Shown: piece by piece, positions 8,562 to 18,728 of the stretch
Numbering within the stretch: position 1 is the stretch's first letter
Layout: the number at the start of each line of letters is the position of its first letter
Virus record (IMG/VR): IMGVR_UViG_2597490325_000001
Coordinates: 64,001 to 128,000 of that record
DNA length: 64,000 bases
From: a virus
Lineage: Duplodnaviria > Caudoviricetes
Strand: one strand, 5' to 3'
Made by a program: the position numbers and the translations under genes
The notes under the pieces: generated by a model
What the model was told of the DNA's origin: nothing
The model's input: only the letters and a program-made list of their open reading frames with translations
The model's database searches: none

Positions 8562-8585
8562 TCCCTAATTTATTAAGGAACGAAA

Positions 8586-8741
8586 ATGTCTGCTAGTAAA
8601 GAACTTGAAATTGATATCGATAGCGTAGTGTTTAATGAAGATGAGCTTCAAGAGTCCGTTAAACATAACGAAGAGAAAATTGATTCTCAAGAAGTAGTTG
8701 AAGCTTCCGATGAATGTGATGGCGGCGGCTGTAAGATTTAA
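8586..8741 (+). CDS. 51-aa acidic peptide with an RNR-alpha-like C-terminal CX4C motif (not in ORF track)
   Basis: TAAGGA RBS; MSASKELEIDIDSVVFNEDELQESVKHNEEKIDSQEVVEASDECDGGGCKI*; followed by a family terminator. Confidence 0.75.
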   Translation: MSASKELEIDIDSVVFNEDELQESVKHNEEKIDSQEVVEASDECDGGGCKI

Positions 8742-8909
8742 AAACTTCCCATATCCTCTATTAAGGGGATATGGGGTTTTCTTTCCTTCTTAAAAACGTA
8801 TTTGGTAAACCTTTAAGAATATATTATTTTAGTGATATTGGGTGTTAAAACTCAATGTTAAACAAAAACAAACACTAATTCTAATAAGCAATAAAAGGAA
8901 TACCACAAG

Positions 8910-9338
8910 ATGTCCGACAAACATGTAGTTTATTCTAAAATTGAAAACTTTTTCTCTAAAGTGGCTAACCGTGACTTTGAACCAGTGCTCAGTTCATTGT
9001 TCGGCGGTTTACGTAAACAAGTTCGGTGGGATGTAGTATTTGAAGAAATTCGTTCAATGGATGTGAACGCAATTCCACTTGACAAGTTTAAAGTGATGAG
9101 CAAGGGCGATGTCATTTCTATCTCTGATAATGGAGACACAATCTTTGTTGAAGATATGTTTAATGGTAAGTATACTCTTAAACGTAAACAAGGTATCATT
9201 GAAATGACTGTTGACGGCGAACATTTCACTTTTAAAGATAATAACGATGAAGCTGAATCTGCCAGCTTTGTTGCACCCGTTGATTTCCCTCCGGTGCCAA
9301 ACGGATTTATCGCTAATATCCGTAACCTATTAGCGTAA
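8910..9338 (+). CDS. Hypothetical early-type protein
   Basis: ATATATTAT at 8819, AAGGA RBS. Confidence 0.75.
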   Translation: MSDKHVVYSKIENFFSKVANRDFEPVLSSLFGGLRKQVRWDVVFEEIRSMDVNAIPLDKFKVMSKGDVISISDNGDTIFVEDMFNGKYTLKRKQGIIEMTVDGEHFTFKDNNDEAESASFVAPVDFPPVPNGFIANIRNLLA

Positions 9339-9350
9339 CGTCATCCTCTT

Positions 9351-9722
9351 GTGCCCCCGAAAGGGGGTATAACTTTTATTGGAAAAACAAAAATGAATCA
9401 ATACAGCGAATCTTACAAAAGTTCCATTATGGGTTACTTTAAAGATCGTTATTTAGTGCTAATTACTGAGCGCTTTAAAGATCTACCGCAGCTTACTTTT
9501 ATGAAGTTAAAAGTTAAATCTGTAGCAGTAATTAATAACTCTGAATGGGATGATGATTTACTTAAAGCTAATATCCGTTGCTTCTTCTCTCAAGAAATCA
9601 AAGATCATTCAAAATATGAAGATTGGATGACAAGACTTGATGAAGTATTTGAAGAATCCTGCCAGTATGCTAAAGATCAAACATTCATTAAAGCTATGGG
9701 TTCTTTGAGTTTGATTAACTAA
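9351..9722 (+). CDS. Hypothetical protein (true start probably the ATG near 9393)
   Basis: The annotated 5' end runs through the GCCCCC-gaaa-GGGGGT hairpin. Confidence 0.65.
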   Translation: MPPKGGITFIGKTKMNQYSESYKSSIMGYFKDRYLVLITERFKDLPQLTFMKLKVKSVAVINNSEWDDDLLKANIRCFFSQEIKDHSKYEDWMTRLDEVFEESCQYAKDQTFIKAMGSLSLIN

Positions 9723-9736
9723 AAAAGGATTGTATA

Positions 9737-10111
9737 ATGACTACTATGTACAGAGCAGCCAATAATTTTAGAAGAAAAGTTACACGTTTCTATTCTAGAA
9801 TTGTTAGAAAAGAATTTGAAAAAGAAGTATCAATGCTAATAACTGATAAAGAATCAATAAATACTTTCTTTACCAGTTTAGAAAAATATGATTTTAATCC
9901 TAGACATCTAATTATGACTTGTTTCCCTGTTGGTAAATTAGAAGAAGGAAAAAAATTATTAAATAGTATTCAGAATAGAGGTATTGAGTTTGCTTTAAAT
10001 GAAATATCTTTAGAAGAAAAAAGACTTATTTTAACTGCTATGAATACACCTGATTTTTCTGAAATAATGAATAACCTTTCTGACTCTCTCCTACCAGAAA
10101 AAGTTATTTAA
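9737..10111 (+). CDS. Hypothetical protein
   Basis: AAGGA RBS; terminator near 10125. Confidence 0.65.
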   Translation: MTTMYRAANNFRRKVTRFYSRIVRKEFEKEVSMLITDKESINTFFTSLEKYDFNPRHLIMTCFPVGKLEEGKKLLNSIQNRGIEFALNEISLEEKRLILTAMNTPDFSEIMNNLSDSLLPEKVI

Positions 10112-10247
10112 TATTTTAATTTTAAAAAAAGACCTTATAAGGTCTTTTTTTTTTTCATGATGTACATTACTATTTAGAATTTATCTATTTTTTAAACAAA
10201 GAATTAGTGTCTTGCATGAAAAATAGATAAATTTTATAGGAGTTTTC

Positions 10248-11783
10248 ATGGCAACTATAATTCAAAGAAAAAGAATTCTGATTAAAGATTTTTATTCAGA
10301 TGATGAAATGAAGAAGTTTTTTAGATACATGTCTATGGATAAAACTAACATGTATGGGGCTGTTGAAAAGTCATGGATAGCTGGCTACGAAACAGAATTT
10401 GAAGGTGAGCATTATATTGCTGTACCTAGGCGTATAGATACTAAACTTTTAGAAGACTTAATAGATGCTGATGCTGGAGTAGATAAGCGTTTAATTCCAC
10501 CTATTCCTGTAAGAAAAAATGTCTTTAGCTGTTTTGCTGAGCCTAGAGATATTACTCAGCAAGTTATTTTAGATTTTATGATGGGTAGAAATAGTTATGA
10601 AAGTATAACTACTAAACAGCATAGAAAAGCATTATTTGCTCAAACTGGTAGTGGTAAAACATACTTAACTATCAAATTTTGTGCTGAAAATAATCTATTA
10701 CCTTTCATTAACTGTCCAGATAAGAAAGCAATTCTTACTTGGCAGCAAGAGTTCGGTAAGTTTACTGATATTAAACCTGAAGAAATATGTGTTATTATGG
10801 GTAAAGATTCAGTAATACGACTTATTAAAAAATTTGAGAAAAAACAATATAAAGTTATTCTCTGCTCATCTAAGACTATGACATCTCTTATTCTTTCTAA
10901 AGACTTTGCTCTTATAGAAGAATTATTTACGCATTTAGGCATTGGTCTGTTAGTACATGATGAAAGTCACTTGAATTTAATGGTTCTCTTTTACTTAGAA
11001 ATGATTTGTAATACTAGACATACTTTATTCTTAACTGCTACTCCTAGTAGACGTATGTATAAAGAAGATAGACTACTCAAATCGTTAATGCCTCCTGAAA
11101 AAGCGATATATGTAGAAGAAGCTGAACAGCGCTTTACTTATGTAAGGGGTTGTTATTTCTCTAATATGGATAAGAAAGCCTATGCAGGTATAGCCCTTCC
11201 AGCTGGTACTAATTTATCTAGATATTTTGATCAAGTATTGAATAAGAAAGAAAACTATGAGTTCTTTAGGGATGAAATTTTTGCACCAGTAGTGAATTAT
11301 GCATTGAGAAAAAGATCCAAAACTGATAAAGATGATTTTACTAAATTAGCTTTTTTATGTAACAGTAAAAAAGAGAATGAGTTCTTTTACAATATGTTGA
11401 AAGATCTTTACAAAGACAAATATTCTATCGGTATTTTTAATAGTGATATTGAGAATATGGATGAGCGATTTAAAGAAACTGAAAAAGAAATCATTATCAG
11501 CACTGATAAATCTTTTGCTGGTATTATAAACATACCTGGATTAGAGATAATCATAAACCTTTATCCATATAGTTCAGATTCCCATATTAAACAAGTAATG
11601 GGCCGTATTCGTAAAGAAAAAGGTAAAAAGAGTATATTTATTCAGATGGTAGATGCTTCTTTAAAACGATTCAAATCTGTTGAGTCTAGAGAAAGGTCAG
11701 CAGTAGCGGATATTTGCGCTAAAGTATTTATGAAAGAATTGAATACTCAGATATCTGTATTTAATAGTATAGAAGAAGACTAA
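10248..11783 (+). CDS. Superfamily 2 DExH helicase (UvsW-like)
   Basis: AQTGSGKT, HDESH, TATP and QVMGRIR motifs; AACA-N6-TAG at 10195. Confidence 0.88.
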   Translation: MATIIQRKRILIKDFYSDDEMKKFFRYMSMDKTNMYGAVEKSWIAGYETEFEGEHYIAVPRRIDTKLLEDLIDADAGVDKRLIPPIPVRKNVFSCFAEPRDITQQVILDFMMGRNSYESITTKQHRKALFAQTGSGKTYLTIKFCAENNLLPFINCPDKKAILTWQQEFGKFTDIKPEEICVIMGKDSVIRLIKKFEKKQYKVILCSSKTMTSLILSKDFALIEELFTHLGIGLLVHDESHLNLMVLFYLEMICNTRHTLFLTATPSRRMYKEDRLLKSLMPPEKAIYVEEAEQRFTYVRGCYFSNMDKKAYAGIALPAGTNLSRYFDQVLNKKENYEFFRDEIFAPVVNYALRKRSKTDKDDFTKLAFLCNSKKENEFFYNMLKDLYKDKYSIGIFNSDIENMDERFKETEKEIIISTDKSFAGIINIPGLEIIINLYPYSSDSHIKQVMGRIRKEKGKKSIFIQMVDASLKRFKSVESRERSAVADICAKVFMKELNTQISVFNSIEED

Positions 11784-11837
11784 ATAGCATTATAGTCTTT
11801 TTTATTGATATATTATTAAATTGATTGTTTTAAATAG

Positions 11838-12446
11838 GTGGGAATAATGATTAGTATTACGGAAAGACTTTTAAATATTGGTAAGTTACAATTGAGTGTT
11901 ACTGCTCGCCTAGGAAGTAAAGATAACCCTTATCATTTTTATGGTAAGGGTGACTATATTTCTATGAATAAAAGCTCATTTATCATTCTAGGCTTCCATG
12001 CTAAAGGAAAAGATAAGGAAGAAGTTTATATTTCTGTACTTGATTTTCCAAAGATAATGGAAGCTATAGAGACTATTGATTATCTGATGTTAAATTTGGA
12101 TGATCATACTGAGACTGTAGGAGAAGAAGGAACTCTCCGTTTTAAATCAGGCTCAAAGGTTTCTTATAGAATGCAAATGCGCTCTACTGGTGTGTGTCTG
12201 TTCTCTCCAGTAGTTTGGAATAGTAGGAAACATGGTGGTCAAATTATTGCAGTAAAAATACTTATTGGTGGCGATACTAATAAAGTAATGCTTGAACCGG
12301 AAAACTGGTTGGCTTTCTCCATGCAGTTGAAAAATTGTATGGAGAACTTTACTGCGATAACAAACTCTATTCTTACTTTAGGGCTACAGAATAAAAGGAA
12401 TACTCCTAGAGAAAGTATTAAGTTTAGTGAAATTGCTGAGGAGTAA
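11838..12446 (+). CDS. Hypothetical early-type protein
   Basis: ATATATTAT at 11808; 202-aa ORF. Confidence 0.7.
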   Translation: MGIMISITERLLNIGKLQLSVTARLGSKDNPYHFYGKGDYISMNKSSFIILGFHAKGKDKEEVYISVLDFPKIMEAIETIDYLMLNLDDHTETVGEEGTLRFKSGSKVSYRMQMRSTGVCLFSPVVWNSRKHGGQIIAVKILIGGDTNKVMLEPENWLAFSMQLKNCMENFTAITNSILTLGLQNKRNTPRESIKFSEIAEE

Positions 12447-13039
12447 TGATGAAACATAACGTTATTAAATATGGTGCTGCTATCATATTTCATTCCTTAG
12501 AAATTGATGAAAAAGTTTTACCTTATCTTTCTAGAGAACAGTTTTTAGTATTTTCTAGGGATGGTGAGGTTCCTAACAACAGCCAGTATGCCTGTAATGA
12601 AAATTCTCTTTTAGCATCAAACTCACGTTTAGCGGCACTAGTGTTAGGCTTACGTATAAATCTTCAAATTAAATCATTTGGGCAAGATCCAATTACTAAT
12701 GATTTAATTGATTCTTTATCAGGTAGCATAAAGAATCAATTGAAAGGAAAGATATACACGGTTAATTTAAAACTTATTAATGGGGATTTTATCTCAAGAG
12801 TTACATATCCTACACGTTTTTCTGAACTTGAGTTTGCATTAGGTTATAAAAGAGATTTGTCTGAAGAATCTAGTCAAAAAATCACCATTTGTAACGGATA
12901 TAATATATCATTTCTTAAAGAAGAATGGAGCTTTTATATTGAAGAAAATAATGCATTCAATGAAAGTGATTGGATTAATATCTTAACCTTTACCAATAAT
13001 AAAAATGAATATAAAATAATTGTAGTGGAAGAAATATGA
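12446..13039 (+). CDS. Hypothetical protein
   Basis: GAGGAG RBS; stop/start overlap. Confidence 0.7.
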   Translation: MMKHNVIKYGAAIIFHSLEIDEKVLPYLSREQFLVFSRDGEVPNNSQYACNENSLLASNSRLAALVLGLRINLQIKSFGQDPITNDLIDSLSGSIKNQLKGKIYTVNLKLINGDFISRVTYPTRFSELEFALGYKRDLSEESSQKITICNGYNISFLKEEWSFYIEENNAFNESDWINILTFTNNKNEYKIIVVEEI

Positions 13040-13226
13040 AAATAAAAAAGTAATACAGCGATTTCGTATTCTCTTTAAAAAGATTAAGAAATTGCTTAAA
13101 CAGTACAAAGAAGCTGGTAATGAACTTATCAGTGAAGAAATAATACCGTTCAAAAAGAAGCGTCATGGAGATAGTTTTCTCGAAACGCTTAAAGACAATC
13201 TGTTGGATGATAAAAAGGATAAATGA
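13036..13226 (+). CDS. ~63-aa basic protein requiring a -1 frameshift (or one missing A) at A-AAA-AAG
   Basis: ATG overlaps the upstream TGA; the -1 frame is open to TGA at 13224-13226, abutting the next ATG at 13227. Confidence 0.55.
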
Positions 13227-14012
13227 ATGTACAGCTATAAAATGACTGTTAAGGGTAGTATTCCATTCGGAATGTTTAAAACTATGGTAAACATGATTAA
13301 TCATGGACTTCGTTCTGGAACTAGCGATTTCGATTTAAAGAACAAGTTAAAAGGTTATTTGCCACCTAAAGAAATTTCTGGTTTCCTAACAGTAGTGAAG
13401 GAATACTATATGTTAGATAAGCTAAAAGGACGATACATTCTCCATCCAACTCATTCATTTATTGCTAATCAAATAAGTGAAAGACATGGTAAGAACGCTG
13501 TGGTGGAACATCTTTATGATTCATTTGAGGAAAATATTGTTGCAGATTCTTTAGTTATAAATGCCAATGACATTATAACTGCCAGTGCTCTTAATAATGC
13601 GGAAGTACGAACTGATATATTTGATAGAAAATGGATTGGTATGATCATGTCTAATTTATCAAATAATACTGTTCTTCCATTAACTTCTGGTACTGAACGT
13701 GGCATAGCTACCTTCCGTAATCCTTCTGATTCTAAGACTTCCTTTATAACAAGAAAATTCTTTACTAAAGAAGGCGAAGCAGGATGGACTGCAAGTACGG
13801 ATGTTACTACTTTTGATCTTGATGAGACCCCCGTTTCTCATATTAGTAAAAATAATATTTTCTGTTTCACTGAAGTAGATAAATATGGTTTCTATCAAGG
13901 TAATGACAAAGTGATAGAAACTATAGATTTTCATAGTATCATGAGAGCACCTAATTTAATTGATCTGATTTTAACCTTTATGAGTGATAAAGGATTTAAA
14001 ATTAAATTTTAA
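13227..14012 (+). CDS. Hypothetical protein
   Basis: AAGGA RBS; 261-aa ORF. Confidence 0.7.
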   Translation: MYSYKMTVKGSIPFGMFKTMVNMINHGLRSGTSDFDLKNKLKGYLPPKEISGFLTVVKEYYMLDKLKGRYILHPTHSFIANQISERHGKNAVVEHLYDSFEENIVADSLVINANDIITASALNNAEVRTDIFDRKWIGMIMSNLSNNTVLPLTSGTERGIATFRNPSDSKTSFITRKFFTKEGEAGWTASTDVTTFDLDETPVSHISKNNIFCFTEVDKYGFYQGNDKVIETIDFHSIMRAPNLIDLILTFMSDKGFKIKF

Positions 14013-14027
14013 TATTCGTTAATTAGT

Positions 14028-15026
14028 ATGGTAAATATCATGTTAAAATTACAGTCAACCATTCAGTCATTTAGTTCCCGTATTACAACTACTGTTTACA
14101 AAACTTGTAGAAATACATTATTTGATAAACAGGAATTAAGTAGTTACGAGTATAATTTCTTTAAAGACGATGCTGAAGATTTTAAAGCAGACTTTTTACT
14201 TTCTGTCATTCCGGCAGAGTTAGGATCTATGGTTTTAGGTATTATTCTTAAAATAGATCGATTAACGAAGGAATCTAATCATTCATTAGATATAACAAAA
14301 GAAGTATATAAACTTTGGATAGTATACCATGATGTAGAAAATGGTATAAACGCTATTAATCAGGTAATTAATACTATGGTTAATAGTGAAGTGTCAATGG
14401 AATTAAATTCAGTAGCTTTTTCTATGATCCATGAATTACTTCCAGGAGTTATTTCTATACCTCGTTTAATTGGGGAGAGTAGTGATAAGGATGAGTTTTC
14501 CTATAGCTTTAATAGAAGCTCATGGAAAATGGATTCAGTATCCAAACATGGTAAATATGTAGAGTCATTACTCAATGAAGTTCCAATGATGATGCAATTT
14601 ATTGAAGTTGAAAATGGTAAAGGGGATGATGAAACTTTATATTCTAATACCATTTTAAATGGAGCCGTTGTTCTCTTAGGTGATATTTACAAAACTCTCC
14701 CATGTGATGATAGAGAGCATTTAAGAGTATACTTCAATATGTTGGTTGGCGGAAATATTCTTACTAATGGTTTTACTTCCAAAAGTACCAATATTAAATC
14801 TACTAAAGAACAATTTGTTATAAATGGTGCTGTCGCATATGACAAATATGACGATTCCGACCAATTTGAAGTTTTTACAGCTCTACCAACAGTAGGGTTC
14901 GCTGTATCTGGATGGTCAGTTAAAAGCAATCCAGTAAACCCACGTTATACTTCTTTAATGACATGGGTAAATCCTGAAGGTAATTTCAGGTATTTAAAAA
15001 TTAATAAATATTCAGAGGGAATGTAA
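14028..15026 (+). CDS. Hypothetical protein
   Basis: 332-aa ORF in operon. Confidence 0.7.
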   Translation: MVNIMLKLQSTIQSFSSRITTTVYKTCRNTLFDKQELSSYEYNFFKDDAEDFKADFLLSVIPAELGSMVLGIILKIDRLTKESNHSLDITKEVYKLWIVYHDVENGINAINQVINTMVNSEVSMELNSVAFSMIHELLPGVISIPRLIGESSDKDEFSYSFNRSSWKMDSVSKHGKYVESLLNEVPMMMQFIEVENGKGDDETLYSNTILNGAVVLLGDIYKTLPCDDREHLRVYFNMLVGGNILTNGFTSKSTNIKSTKEQFVINGAVAYDKYDDSDQFEVFTALPTVGFAVSGWSVKSNPVNPRYTSLMTWVNPEGNFRYLKINKYSEGM

Positions 15027-15548
15027 GTGAAACGAGAAGAACTTGATTCTTTACTTCATTACTACAGGAATATTATGCTTAATAGGCATATTACTGAAGA
15101 TAGTAATGATGCAGTGTCCACTGACTATCTGAGTATGCTAAATGAGAATTATTCTATTTTAGAACTTCTTAGACAGCGCTTGGCTAGTGGTGAAGCAAGT
15201 AACTATAATTTTAATCAAAAAGTCATTGAAGCTTTATATCATGATACAATGGATAGAATCTTTCTCTTCCAATGCGAATGGAATTTGTCCTTTAGATTAT
15301 GGTATGACGGGTTTAAAGCTGATAAGAAAAACAGAGAAGAAATTCTCCGTGATGGACTTGAATCAGTCCAGTTAGCTTATCAGAATATGTATCCTTCAAT
15401 TACTGAGATAATGAATAATGCATCAAATATCAGTACTAGTATCAATACTAAACTTGATATAATTGATGAATACTTCAAAGTACATCCATTCAACTTTTTA
15501 AAAAGAAGACAAGTTTTAAGCAGACTCTTTTACGGTTCTGGCGGTTAA
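15027..15548 (+). CDS. Hypothetical protein
   Basis: GAGGGA RBS, GTG start abutting the upstream stop. Confidence 0.7.
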   Translation: MKREELDSLLHYYRNIMLNRHITEDSNDAVSTDYLSMLNENYSILELLRQRLASGEASNYNFNQKVIEALYHDTMDRIFLFQCEWNLSFRLWYDGFKADKKNREEILRDGLESVQLAYQNMYPSITEIMNNASNISTSINTKLDIIDEYFKVHPFNFLKRRQVLSRLFYGSGG

Positions 15549-15583
15549 CATATAAATAGTTCAATAGAAAAAGGCTATTTGTT

Positions 15584-15754
15584 ATGTCAACTGTAAATGC
15601 TCAAGAAGTTGCTTCATCCAATATTCCTAATATTCCAGTGAATGATGGTTTCATTACCCTTAATGATACGGAAGCGGATAAAACCCAATTCCAAGAGAAT
15701 GATAATCCATCTATCGGAAAAGAGCATAAGTTTGCTGCTGTTCTTCATGGTTAA
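15584..15754 (+). CDS. 56-aa late-type small protein (not in ORF track)
   Basis: AACA-N6-TAG at 15547, AAGG RBS, MSTVNAQEVASSNIPN...FAAVLHG*, own terminator near 15770-15800. Confidence 0.65.
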   Translation: MSTVNAQEVASSNIPNIPVNDGFITLNDTEADKTQFQENDNPSIGKEHKFAAVLHG

Positions 15755-15876
15755 ATCATAAAATACTTTTACCCTATACGTACTTAGTTGCGTATAGGGT
15801 AGAATATTTTTTTTTATCTTTTTAATGAAGAATGAAACAACTCTTTAGTTTAATATAGAAAATTAAAGGCTTTCCT

Positions 15877-17199
15877 ATGGCTAAAGTAAAGAAAATACTT
15901 ACAACGGAAGAGCTAGTAAATCGTAACTTAGAACAGTTTACTAAAGATTCTACTGAAACCTATCCAGCGTTTCAGGAATCTACACCTGTATTCGTAACTT
16001 ATTATAATAAGTCTGCATATGCTAGTGATGCTGATATAAACTTTGAAAACTTCAATCAAGCTGTTGGGGTTGAATCACCTAATCTATTTTATGAAATTGC
16101 TAGCTTACCATTGTATGAGATGACTACTGCTGACTTCTCAACGGAAGAAACAGATAGTGGTAGAAAATCTAATATTACTGGTACATGTACTATTATTCCT
16201 GGAACGGTAACTCCTAGTGTAGAAGATCAGTTCCTTTTTGATTATCATTCTCAGAAGTATTTATTTGTAATCACTTCTATAGAGCCTGATAACTTCAATA
16301 ATAAGAAATATTATCGAGTATCTTATCAATTAAGTCCTAATACTTTAGATGAAATTAAGGCTCAAGTATATAAGGAAATGGTTGTAGATTACAATCTGAT
16401 TGGTAGAACGGATTCAGCACTAATTGAAAGAAAGTACTCTGATTATCTTAATATTATTAGAGCTGTCTTTGATGAGTTTAGAAAATCTTATAGATATTCT
16501 TACTATGAAGAAAATCAGTCATGCTTTGCCAATAAACGTACTGAAGTAATAGATCAGTTCATCAACTATTTTGCTGCTAATAACGATATTTTACCAGCAT
16601 TTGAGGATTATCGTAATACTTTAACTATACATAATAAGATAATTGATGATGTATCAAGACAGCAATATAAATTGTCTCCTTTCTTTGATCTGGAAAAACG
16701 TAGAGATCCCGTCTCTGTAGTATCCGTATTTGTAGAACCAGTAGATAGAACGCCTTATAAATTTGCATTCTTTTATAAGACTAAATATAACTTTACAAGA
16801 TATGTCAAGTATACTGATGAAGAAGTAGAGATTCCTAGTGCTGAAGAATTGGCACAAATGACTGAAGAAGAACAGTTGGCAGTCATGGATAGTATAGTTA
16901 AAGGAAAATACAACCTTCTTCCAGAACTTTTAGAACCTATTAATAGTAACGACCCATATAATCTGCAATTTATCAAGAAATATATTGCATTTTCTAAATT
17001 AAGGAAAACCCAAGATTATAAGAGTCAATTAATAGAATGCCTGGACATGGTAGAGGATTTAGAGGAATACTTCTGTGATGCTCTTTACATTAAGGGTGCG
17101 AGTGATTCTGATAAAAAAGAATACGACTTTAACTACTATATAGGTATGATAGTGCTTTTCGCACTTAAAGACCTATATTCGTTTATTACCAATTCATAA
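15877..17199 (+). CDS. Probable virion structural protein (head-tail or neck type)
   Basis: Late motif at 15836; TPVFVTYY...GTCTIIPGTVTPSVEDQF pattern recalls jumbo-phage structural proteins (by eye only). Confidence 0.5.
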   Translation: MAKVKKILTTEELVNRNLEQFTKDSTETYPAFQESTPVFVTYYNKSAYASDADINFENFNQAVGVESPNLFYEIASLPLYEMTTADFSTEETDSGRKSNITGTCTIIPGTVTPSVEDQFLFDYHSQKYLFVITSIEPDNFNNKKYYRVSYQLSPNTLDEIKAQVYKEMVVDYNLIGRTDSALIERKYSDYLNIIRAVFDEFRKSYRYSYYEENQSCFANKRTEVIDQFINYFAANNDILPAFEDYRNTLTIHNKIIDDVSRQQYKLSPFFDLEKRRDPVSVVSVFVEPVDRTPYKFAFFYKTKYNFTRYVKYTDEEVEIPSAEELAQMTEEEQLAVMDSIVKGKYNLLPELLEPINSNDPYNLQFIKKYIAFSKLRKTQDYKSQLIECLDMVEDLEEYFCDALYIKGASDSDKKEYDFNYYIGMIVLFALKDLYSFITNS

Positions 17200-17242
17200 T
17201 TGCTAACACTTTAATAGCATTTAATCCTATAGGAATTGCATA

Positions 17243-17875
17243 ATGAAAGATTTAACTAACGAACTGCTTACTGGCGGTAATCTGCTGGCTGAGTCAGTTG
17301 ATCAGGTTGAAACCAATGTGGCTATTCAAGAAGAATTGCAGAACATGGCTAACCCTACTGCACTGCTGGCTGAAAGCATGGAAGACATGCTTTTTAGCGA
17401 AGATGCTCGTATTGATGGTAATAACATTGAAATGCCATCTGATGCAGGTATTGATTCACTTCAATTCTTCAATCAGGATAACGTAGGTCAAAGCGTAGCT
17501 GATTCTACCCTGACTGGTCTTGATCCTGATCGTCAAAATGATTTCGGTAATGCTGCATTTGCCTCGTCTAACCCTAAAGGTAAAGATATGGTTCAACTGC
17601 GTAGCGTTGGTGACAACGTAGCATTAGGTGAATCCGGTATTCCTTCTCTGTTCACCGAAGGTGGTGATGAAGAATGTGATGATACCGAAACTAAAGATAT
17701 TGCTAATGGCGTAGACGACCAAACTAATAGTATTGGTGATGATGCTGGCGATTCTCTGGAAGAAAGTCTGAAACTTTTTAAAGAAGATGATGACAACGAT
17801 GATTCTGAATCCGATGTCGAAGAAGACGATGAAGATGAGGATGACGACGAGTACGAAGATGAGTTAGGTCTGTAA
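17243..17875 (+). CDS. Acidic head or scaffold-type protein with L-x-E motifs
   Basis: Late motif at 17205; high codon bias; LLAES twice, LFSED, LFTEG, LFKED. Confidence 0.55.
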   Translation: MKDLTNELLTGGNLLAESVDQVETNVAIQEELQNMANPTALLAESMEDMLFSEDARIDGNNIEMPSDAGIDSLQFFNQDNVGQSVADSTLTGLDPDRQNDFGNAAFASSNPKGKDMVQLRSVGDNVALGESGIPSLFTEGGDEECDDTETKDIANGVDDQTNSIGDDAGDSLEESLKLFKEDDDNDDSESDVEEDDEDEDDDEYEDELGL

Positions 17876-17946
17876 TCTAGTTCGTCTATGCAGTAAGAAT
17901 CTCTTATGGTTCTTACTGCATTTTATTTAATGGAAAAGGAGATACT

Positions 17947-18552
17947 ATGTCTAATTTAGACCCTGTATATTACGTTACCATTTCTACGGCTAGACAGATC
18001 CCATTTATCAATCGCCGTGGCCCAATCACTTCTAAAATTTCTATGAAGAAATCTACTATTGATACCCTTAAAGCTATGGGTTTTGATGTCAAGATTATTT
18101 CAGAAGTAAATTTGGATAAGAATGGTAAACAATATGCTGATGATGCATCTAAATTTGTACCAGCTGACAACCAAAGTGAATCAAATGTAGATGTTAATAT
18201 TGTTGATGCTATTAAACCTAATGACGAAGAGATTTTCTCTGGTTCTACAGAAGGCTTAGAAGCAAAAAAGGATGACCTTTCTCATTCTCAACAAGAAGAG
18301 GAAACACCTGAATCCGAAGAAGAAGTAGATGACACTCAGGAAAAACCTGCAGAAGAATCTACCGAGGAAGAAGAGGATGATGACTTTTCTCTAGAGTCCT
18401 ACGAGACTTATGAGAAATGGAATGCCACTAAACTGAAAGCTTATATTAGTGACACTATTATTCCTCGCTTGGAAGAAGAGGATGTACCTGATCCAATTCC
18501 TACAAGTAAGAAGGATTGTCTTGCTTTCCTAAAAACTCTCTTAGATGAATAA
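17947..18552 (+). CDS. Acidic hypothetical protein, possibly virion-associated
   Basis: AAGGAG RBS; Glu-rich linker and small C-terminal domain. Confidence 0.65.
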   Translation: MSNLDPVYYVTISTARQIPFINRRGPITSKISMKKSTIDTLKAMGFDVKIISEVNLDKNGKQYADDASKFVPADNQSESNVDVNIVDAIKPNDEEIFSGSTEGLEAKKDDLSHSQQEEETPESEEEVDDTQEKPAEESTEEEEDDDFSLESYETYEKWNATKLKAYISDTIIPRLEEEDVPDPIPTSKKDCLAFLKTLLDE

Positions 18553-18728
18553 GAGAGACGAAAAGTAAAGAGTTCTTGGATTATCAAGAACTCTCCCTAT
18601 TTTTCAATATTAAAAAAATTTTTACTAACAAAAAAGTAGAAATCAGAAACGTTAAAGTTTAGAAACCGAAATCTAAATAGTTTCTGTTTTACCCCTAATC
18701 ATAAAATTACACATTAAGGAATACCATC

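Noticed and set aside
12990-13304. 104-aa minus-strand ORF filling the operon gap
   Set aside because: It is antisense within a plus-strand operon; the frameshifted plus-strand gene fits the gap exactly
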